Assembly (NCBI GenBank): GCA_963754315.1
Contig: CAVWFS010000007.1
Coordinates: forward strand, 480,001 to 544,000
DNA: 64,000 nucleotides
Direction of reading: 5' to 3'
From: an uncultured Candidatus Rokubacteria bacterium
GTDB lineage: Bacteria > Methylomirabilota > Methylomirabilia > Rokubacteriales > CSP1-6
Part shown: positions 57,798-64,000 of the stretch, in pieces
Layout: every line of letters starts with the position of its first letter
Position numbering within the stretch: the stretch's first letter is position 1
Made by a program: the position numbers and the translations under genes
Notes under the pieces: model-generated
Seen by the model: the letters and a program-made list of their open reading frames with translations, nothing else
The model's database searches: none
What the model was told of the DNA's origin: nothing

Positions 57798-58780
57798 TGC
57801 GTCGAGCCATACTGATTGCTGGTCTCCTGACCCTCCTCGCCGGGCTCGGAGCGTCCGCGCAGGCTGGTGGCCTCCAGCTCGGCACCCCTCCAGCAGAGCG
57901 CTCCCAGGGTCGCGAGGGACCCCCACCGGCTCCGCCCCGTCCCGTCCCCGGACGCGGCAGTGAAGGGGTGGGACTGCTTCCCGTCCCTGGCTTTCTCCAG
58001 GGCGTCACCACGACCATCACCCAGGCCCAGCGCCGCCTCAATCAGACCCTGTCGCAGGAGATGCGGCGGATCCAGCAAACGGGCTCTCCGGCCGCCATCC
58101 TCACCGTCAGCGTGGTGGCTTTCCTGTACGGCGTTCTGCATGCGGCGGGGCCAGGGCACGGCAAGCTCGTTGTCTCCGCCTTCTTCCTCGGCCGTGAGGC
58201 CCGCATCATCAAGGGCGTCATGTTGGGCGGCCTCGTGTCGCTCCTGCAGACTCTGTCGGCCATCGCCATCGTGCTCGTTCTCGTTCTCGTCCTGGGACAG
58301 GGCGGTTTCGACGTGGTTCAGCAGTCGGTGTGGGTCGAGGTCACCAGCTACGGCCTCATCGTGCTGATCGGCCTCTACCTGATTTATGCCGCCCTCACCG
58401 GCCGCCACCTCGGCCATCACCATGGCGAGTCCAGCCATGGCCACGCCGAGTCTGACGAGCGTCACGTTCACCGAGGCGTGGTGCTGGCCGCTGGCCTCAC
58501 GCCCTGTGCCAGTGCCATCATCATCCTGCTCTTTGCGCTCGCCAATGGAGTGCTCGCCATCGGCATGGTGGCCACTCTCATCATGGCCGTGGGCATGAGC
58601 ATCACGGTGGCTCTGGTGGGGGTCGCCACCATTGCCACCCGCAGGACGCTTCTGAGCGTGATGGCCGCGCGGCCCCGCGCCGCGCTCTGGGTCAGGCGCG
58701 GCCTCACCTTGACGGGCGCCCTGTTGATCACGGTGGTGGGGTCGCTCTTCTTCGCCAGCGCCTGGGGCCGGCTGCATTGA
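57797..58780 (+). CDS. Nickel/cobalt transporter (RcnA/NiCoT-like)
   Basis: FLYGVLHAAGPGHGK, His-rich loop, GLTPCASAII. Confidence 0.85.
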   Translation: MRRAILIAGLLTLLAGLGASAQAGGLQLGTPPAERSQGREGPPPAPPRPVPGRGSEGVGLLPVPGFLQGVTTTITQAQRRLNQTLSQEMRRIQQTGSPAAILTVSVVAFLYGVLHAAGPGHGKLVVSAFFLGREARIIKGVMLGGLVSLLQTLSAIAIVLVLVLVLGQGGFDVVQQSVWVEVTSYGLIVLIGLYLIYAALTGRHLGHHHGESSHGHAESDERHVHRGVVLAAGLTPCASAIIILLFALANGVLAIGMVATLIMAVGMSITVALVGVATIATRRTLLSVMAARPRAALWVRRGLTLTGALLITVVGSLFFASAWGRLH

Positions 58781-59160
58781 GGCCGGCTGGGATCCGAGCC
58801 CTCGGTCTTGGGGCCATCCTCGCCCTCGTCGGCGCCTGCGTGTCGGTGCCTCCGAGCGCCACCTTCAAGGAACCTGCCGAGATCGCGGGGACGTGGCGGG
58901 GCCGCCTGAGTGGCCGCTCCGGCTACGCCATCGCCGGGATGACGATTACCCAGACTGGCGGCTTCACCGGGACAATGTATTTCGAGGGCGAGGACAAGGA
59001 TTTTAGCGGCGCCATCACCGTCGTCCGGCCCGGGCTCGCGCTCTACCGCAGCACTCAAGGCTCCGGCACCGTCGTTCTTCAGGAACAGGACGGCAAGCGC
59101 ACGCTGCGGTTTCAGCCCGAGGGGGGCGGCGTCGCTTCGGTGTTCTCGCCGGCTCCCTAA
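58777..59160 (+). CDS. Hypothetical lipoprotein
   Basis: LVGAC lipobox, IAGTWRG beta-rich domain. Confidence 0.6.
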   Translation: MRPAGIRALGLGAILALVGACVSVPPSATFKEPAEIAGTWRGRLSGRSGYAIAGMTITQTGGFTGTMYFEGEDKDFSGAITVVRPGLALYRSTQGSGTVVLQEQDGKRTLRFQPEGGGVASVFSPAP

Positions 59161-59255
59161 TGACGCGCCGCGAACCGGATCCCGTCGGCTGCGCCGCGGC
59201 TTGCTACACTGCGGGGGCCATGAACTGAAATTCCCGCTCCCACTAGGAGGCTGCC

Positions 59256-59729
59256 ATGCCGCTGACCCAGCTCAACCACTATTTCGTCCGCGCCAACGAT
59301 CTCGAGCAAACCAAGGACTTCTATTGCCGCGTCCTCGGGTTCGAGGTGATGCCCCGCCCGAACTTCCCCTTCCCCGGCTATTGGCTGGGCGTGAATGGCC
59401 AGATCCAGGTGCATATGGGGCCGCACGGTATCGACAATGCCCACATGTACTATCTGGGAACAGGTCACAACGCCGCCACGGACCAGTCGGGCGTGGTGGA
59501 CCACATCGCCTTCCTGGCCACGGAGCCCGGGGAGTTCATCCGGCGCTTCAAGACGATTGGCGTCGACTATCGGCCGCGGGCGCTGCCGGAGTCCGACCTC
59601 TACCAGATCTTCGTGACCGACCCCAACGGGCTCACCATCGAGCTCAACTTCTTCGGTCTGAAGGACGTCACGGACTGGGGCGGCGAGGATTACAGCGCCA
59701 TGGCCCGCCCGGCCATGTCGGCGGCCTGA
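59256..59729 (+). CDS. VOC/glyoxalase family protein
   Basis: LNHY...DLEQTKDFY, RPNFPFPGYWL, VDHIAF, QIFVTDPNGLTIELNF, strong RBS. Confidence 0.88.
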   Translation: MPLTQLNHYFVRANDLEQTKDFYCRVLGFEVMPRPNFPFPGYWLGVNGQIQVHMGPHGIDNAHMYYLGTGHNAATDQSGVVDHIAFLATEPGEFIRRFKTIGVDYRPRALPESDLYQIFVTDPNGLTIELNFFGLKDVTDWGGEDYSAMARPAMSAA

Positions 59730-59805
59730 GGCGCCGTGAGACGTCCAAGAACCATGTCGAGGACGCCGACGCGCTGACTGGCCTCGCACAACCGAGCGTC
59801 CACGG

Positions 59806-60430
59806 ATGAACCAGCTCTCTCGCCGGGCGCGCTCCGTGCTGCTGCTCAGCGTGGTGGTCTTCGGCCTCCTGGCGGCGGGAGCCGTTCTCGCCCCTACCCA
59901 TGCGTTTGAGCTGACCCTCCGCCACGCTCTCGTCAGCCTCGACGCGGGTGGGCCGCTCAGCGCGTTCTTGCGCATGATCGATCATGCGGGAACGTGGAGG
60001 GTCATTCTGCCCGGAACCTTGATCCTGTTTGCCGTCTCCCCGCTCGCCCGCGCCCATTGGTGGATCTGGACAGTGGCCTTGCTTGCGGCGCCGGCCGCCG
60101 AGACCTTCTTCAAGCTCATGATCGGCCGACCACGCCCCGAGGACCTCTCCATGGGATTCCCGAGCGGACACGCCACGGCTGCCGCCGCCTTCTTCGGCGC
60201 GGTGATCTACTTGGCGGCCGCCCTCCCATCACCTGCTCGCCGCGCCATGCGGATGCTCGCCGTCGCGTGCATCGTCCTCGTTGGTGTTGCGCGAGTGGCG
60301 TTACGGGCGCACTGGCCGACCGACGCGGTGGCCGGGATTGCGCTCGGTCTGGCTCTGGCCTCCACGGCCTACGTGCTGACGGGCATGCGCTGGCGGAACA
60401 CTGCGGCCCCGAGTTCCCTACACCGGCTAA
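59806..60430 (+). CDS. PAP2-family membrane phosphatase (3' end uncertain)
   Basis: KLMIGRPRP, FPSGHA, ARVALRAHWPTD. The reading frame runs on into the convergent gene, so a 3' frameshift is likely. Confidence 0.8.
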
Positions 60431-60480
60431 CTCAGAGCCGACACGACCACGCCCATGAATGGAGGGCGGGTGGAGGGCCG

Positions 60481-61653
60481 TCAGTAACTCTTCGGGAGGC
60501 CCAGCAGGTGCTCGGCGAGATAGTTGAGCACCATTTGCTGCGAGACGGGGGCGATCTTGTACAGCCGGACCTCCCGCCACAGACGCTCGACATGGAATTC
60601 CTTCGCGTACCCGTAGCCGCCGTGCGTTTGCAGGGCCACGTCGCACGCCTCGAACCCCGCCTCGGCCGACACAAGCTTGGCCGCATTGGCCTCCGTGCCG
60701 CACGGGCGGCCGCCGTCGCAGAGCCAGGCCGCCTTCATGCAAAGCAGGTGCGCCGTTTCCAGCTTGGCCCAGGCCATGGCCAGCGGATGGGCGATGGCCT
60801 GGTTCTGGCCGATCGGCCTGTCGAAGACGACTCGCTCTTTGGCGTACTGGACCGCGCGGTCCAGCGCTGCCCGTCCAATGCCGACCGCTTCGATCGCCGT
60901 GAAGATGCGTTCCGGATTCAGCGAATCCAGCAGATGGTAGAATCCGCGCCCCACCTCGCCCACCACGTCTTCCATGGGGACCGTGAGACCGTCGATGAAG
61001 ATCTCGTTTGAGTCCACGGCCGCCCGCCCTAGCTTCTCGATCTCGCGCACGGTGATCCGGGAGCGGTCGAACTCCGTGAAGAAGAGCGTCATGCCCGCAA
61101 AGGGTCGTTCCGCCACCCGGGGCGCGGTGCGGGCCAGCAACAGCATGTGGGTGGCCTGACGGGCGTTCGTGTTCCAGACCTTGCGGCCGTTGACGATGAA
61201 GCCGTCCCCCTCTCGCAGGGCCATGGTTTGAATCCGTGAGGTGTCGGTCCCGGCGTTGGGCTCGGTGACCCCGAACGACATGATGATGTCGCCGGTGGCA
61301 ATACGCGGCAGGTATCGCTCCTTCAGAGCGGGTGATCCGTGCTTGATGAGGGGCAAGGGCGGGAACATATAGAAGTGCACCGGAGAGGCTCCTGTGGTGC
61401 CTGCGCCCGCCGCACAGATCTCGTGCAGGAGGATGGCGGCCTCGGTGACGCCGAGCCCGGATCCGCCGTATTCTTCCGGAACGATGAGGCCCAGCCAGCC
61501 GCCGGCGGCGAAGGCCTTGACGAATTCCCACGGGTACTCCGCCTTGCGATCCTTCTCCAGCCAGTAGTCCGGAGAGAAGCTCCGGGCTAGGGTGCTCACT
61601 TCCTTCCGGATCGCGTCCTGGGAATCCGTCAGCAAGAAATCCATGGCCACCAT
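60481..61653 (-). CDS. Acyl-CoA dehydrogenase family protein
   Basis: PEEYGGSG, TEPNAGTD, NGRKVW, LNPERI, FDRPIGQNQ, QTHGGYGY. Confidence 0.92.
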   Translation of the reverse strand: MVAMDFLLTDSQDAIRKEVSTLARSFSPDYWLEKDRKAEYPWEFVKAFAAGGWLGLIVPEEYGGSGLGVTEAAILLHEICAAGAGTTGASPVHFYMFPPLPLIKHGSPALKERYLPRIATGDIIMSFGVTEPNAGTDTSRIQTMALREGDGFIVNGRKVWNTNARQATHMLLLARTAPRVAERPFAGMTLFFTEFDRSRITVREIEKLGRAAVDSNEIFIDGLTVPMEDVVGEVGRGFYHLLDSLNPERIFTAIEAVGIGRAALDRAVQYAKERVVFDRPIGQNQAIAHPLAMAWAKLETAHLLCMKAAWLCDGGRPCGTEANAAKLVSAEAGFEACDVALQTHGGYGYAKEFHVERLWREVRLYKIAPVSQQMVLNYLAEHLLGLPKSY

Positions 61654-61728
61654 TCTACTCGACCGCGCGAGGCCTGCGGCAGCCCGAGGTCGCTCGGCCC
61701 GCCATGCGGCGTGCTAGCATAGCCCCCC

Positions 61729-62484
61729 ATGGCGGTACAGGCCCTGTACGCGTTGCAGAACGGCTTCATCGGTTTCCACCGTTCCGGCCTCTTCTATGGT
61801 GATCTCTCGACGGACCGAGTCCAGATCCCCATCACCTGCTATCTCGTCCGCAGCGTCGACGTCACCGTGCTCTTCGATACCGGGCTCTCCCCGCGGGCGG
61901 TACCAGGTCTGCTCCGGAGCGACCCCATGGCGCGCTTCACCGACGCGGACCTGCTCGTCCACCGCCTCGACACCATCGGCCTCGCTCCCACTGACGTTGA
62001 CGTGGTTGTGCTCTCCCATTTGCACTATGACCATGCCGGCGGCGCCGAGCTGTTCAGCAAGTCGGAGCTCCTCGTGCAGCGCGACGAGTACGCGGCGGCC
62101 CACTTTCCCCCGCCCTTCCTGGCGTCCTTCTACTATCGGAAGAACTTCGACCTGCCGGGCTATCGCTGGCGCCTGCTCGACGGCGACACGGAATTGGCAC
62201 CGGGGCTGACCGTGCTCCGGTCGGACGGCCACACGCCCGGCCATCAATCGCTGCTGGTCGATCTCCCTGAGACGGGCCCCGTCGTTCTCGCCGGCGACGC
62301 CTGCTACTGGCAAGAGCACCTGGAGACCGAGCGCGTTCCCGGTGTGGTATGGAATCCGGTGGCCGCGCTGCATTCCATCAAGCGGCTGAAGACGTTGGCC
62401 CGTCTCATCGGAGGACGCGTCTTTCCCGCGCACGATCCACACTTCTGGAAGAGCATCAAGCAAGCTCCCGACGCCTATCGCTAA
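61729..62484 (+). CDS. N-acyl homoserine lactonase-like metallo-beta-lactamase
   Basis: [31 protein letters not shown]. Confidence 0.82.
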   Translation: MAVQALYALQNGFIGFHRSGLFYGDLSTDRVQIPITCYLVRSVDVTVLFDTGLSPRAVPGLLRSDPMARFTDADLLVHRLDTIGLAPTDVDVVVLSHLHYDHAGGAELFSKSELLVQRDEYAAAHFPPPFLASFYYRKNFDLPGYRWRLLDGDTELAPGLTVLRSDGHTPGHQSLLVDLPETGPVVLAGDACYWQEHLETERVPGVVWNPVAALHSIKRLKTLARLIGGRVFPAHDPHFWKSIKQAPDAYR

Positions 62485-63017
62485 CCCTCGCCGGGGGACG
62501 ACCGGGTCGCGGCCGCCGGCGGCCGCTGGCCCGAGGGCTTGGCCACGTACCGAAAGTCGCAGTGGGATGCGCCGCCCATGATGGTCTGCGTGCGCGTGAG
62601 CGTGATGTCCTCGTTGAAGCCCTCCACGAGAGAGAAGTCGCGGTTGCACGAGAGCAGGGCCCCGACCTCGGGAATGCCCAGACTCTGGTACAGCTCCGCG
62701 TATCGACACCGCGTCACGTTGAACGAGAAACGCTCCGACGTCCGCTCCAGCGTCTGCAAGGACAGGGCGTCTCCCTTCTTCCAGTTTTCCAGGGAGTCCG
62801 CCAGGTGCTCAAGACTGTTCCCGCCCATCTGCTGGGCCAGCGACCGTCCCTGCTCTCGGGCCACCTCGACAATCACGTCCCGCGCCACCGCGAAGACACG
62901 GTCCTCGCCGAAGACGGCGCCGAGCCGCTTGAGCACGGGCATCAGGATCCGCGCCTCGATCTCACGGCGCTTGAGCACGCCGATCTCGTTCAGGGTATCC
63001 GCGGGATTTTCGCTCAT
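62481..63017 (-). CDS. L-2-amino-thiazoline-4-carboxylic acid hydrolase-like protein
   Basis: [43 protein letters not shown]. Confidence 0.82.
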   Translation of the reverse strand: MSENPADTLNEIGVLKRREIEARILMPVLKRLGAVFGEDRVFAVARDVIVEVAREQGRSLAQQMGGNSLEHLADSLENWKKGDALSLQTLERTSERFSFNVTRCRYAELYQSLGIPEVGALLSCNRDFSLVEGFNEDITLTRTQTIMGGASHCDFRYVAKPSGQRPPAAATRSSPGEG

Positions 63018-64000
63018 CGGGTCTCCTCCTCTCGCGCGCGGGCCTTCAGGCCAGCCCGGTCGAGCTTGCCGGTTCCACCAAGGGGGAGCGCGTCCAGGAA
63101 CGTGACACGGCGAGGGTGCGCATACGGCGCCCCGTGACGCAGAAAGAAGGTCTTCACGTCCGCCTCGGTCGTGCGCCCAGGCTCGCGCTCCACCACGAAA
63201 GCGACGGGGACCTCGCCCTTCACCGCGTGGGGTGCGGCCACCACGCACGCGTCACGCAGGTTGGGGTGACGCAGGAGGACGTCCTCGACTTCCTTGGGAT
63301 AGACGTTCTCCCCCGCCACATTGATCATGTCGTCCTGGCGTCCGATAAAGTAGTAGTACCCGTCGGCATCGCGCCGCATGAGATCGCCTGTGTGGAGCCA
63401 ACCGGCGCGGAACTTTCGGGCGGTGACGTCAGGGAGCTTCCAGTAACCACGAGCCAGCCCCGGGTTGCGGGTCACCAGCTCACCCACCCCCTCGCCCTCG
63501 ACGTCGCATCCGGTGGTGTCCACCAGCTTCACCTGGCACCCTGGAAACGCCGTGCCGCAGCTTCCCAGCTTCTTCAGACCCCAGCGCGTATTCGTGATGG
63601 GGACGGGTCCCCCTTCCGTCAAGCCATAGCTCTCGGCAATCTCCGCCCCCCGAAACACCGCGCGAAACTCGGCCATCAACTCCTGCGGCACTTCCGCCGA
63701 ACCGACGAGCGCGTAGCGCAGCGAGCGCGTGTCATGACGAGCCAGCATCGCCTTCTCGGCGAGGATCATCTTGTACATGGCGGGGACGCCGGTGAGGTAC
63801 GTGACCTGGTACCGATCGATGGCGCGGATGACCTCGACCGAATCGAAGCCTGGCAGGATGACGATCGAGCCGCCGGCGAGCAGGAACGGTTTCACCACGC
63901 CGGTCATGGCATTCTTGTGGAAGAGAGGAACGGCCACCAGGCCGCGCTCCCGATGATCGCAGAGGATTGCCTTCCTCAGCACATCGGCGTTCCAGATTTG
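63014..64000 (-). CDS. Class I adenylate-forming enzyme (acyl-CoA ligase), 5' end outside the window
   Basis: [37 protein letters not shown]. Confidence 0.9.
   Translation of the reverse strand, partial: QIWNADVLRKAILCDHRERGLVAVPLFHKNAMTGVVKPFLLAGGSIVILPGFDSVEVIRAIDRYQVTYLTGVPAMYKMILAEKAMLARHDTRSLRYALVGSAEVPQELMAEFRAVFRGAEIAESYGLTEGGPVPITNTRWGLKKLGSCGTAFPGCQVKLVDTTGCDVEGEGVGELVTRNPGLARGYWKLPDVTARKFRAGWLHTGDLMRRDADGYYYFIGRQDDMINVAGENVYPKEVEDVLLRHPNLRDACVVAAPHAVKGEVPVAFVVEREPGRTTEADVKTFFLRHGAPYAHPRRVTFLDALPLGGTGKLDRAGLKARAREEETR

Noticed and set aside
59806..61011. Apparent 401-aa PAP2 fusion protein
   Set aside because: The C-terminal half is the antisense of the acyl-CoA dehydrogenase; a lost stop or frameshift is more likely.
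1..64000. CRISPR arrays, rRNA, tRNA, transposases, integrases
   Set aside because: None were recognised by eye. A short RNA gene could have been missed without a covariance-model search.

Overview
High-GC bacterial window with three functional blocks. (1) 1-43 kb, almost entirely on the minus strand, is a phosphate-starvation (Pho-type) island. It holds a 7-gene operon joining lipid-remodelling genes (GT4 glycosyltransferase, class-III aminotransferase fused to a membrane domain, plant-like phospholipid N-methyltransferase, PlcP/LpxH-like phosphoesterase) to 2-aminoethylphosphonate biosynthesis (aepY/aepZ/aepX-NTP transferase). It also has a ferrosome-like fezA-fezC-fezB module followed by an HMA2-fused type II P-ATPase, a divergent MetK with altered methionine-binding residues and 22-aa amphipathic repeat proteins. 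Further genes are pstSCAB plus a second pstS and a non-canonical Fic protein, glpQ, a GAK system variant (PHP, three amphi-Trp proteins, PhoU-kinase, ATP-grasp, HprK-like kinase), a degenerate PhnC-like ATPase, ppx and ppa. Remnants of phoD, phoX, ppk1 and a GH3 gene are present. About ten promoters carry tandem 11-bp Pho-box-like repeats. (2) 43-59 kb, plus strand, is a metal-uptake island (TonB, TBDR, BNR protein, cytochrome c, CopC, porin, Zn/Mn ABC systems, DUF1007, Ni/Co transporter). Three His-rich leader genes end in RAPP; one has a perfect anti-SD hairpin over the next gene's start. (3) 59-64 kb holds catabolic genes. Many genes carry single-base frameshifts that probably reflect an imperfect long-read assembly. 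Gene content suggests a Rokubacteria/Methylomirabilota-like organism, but this is an unverified inference. All family calls come from motif recognition, not database searches.
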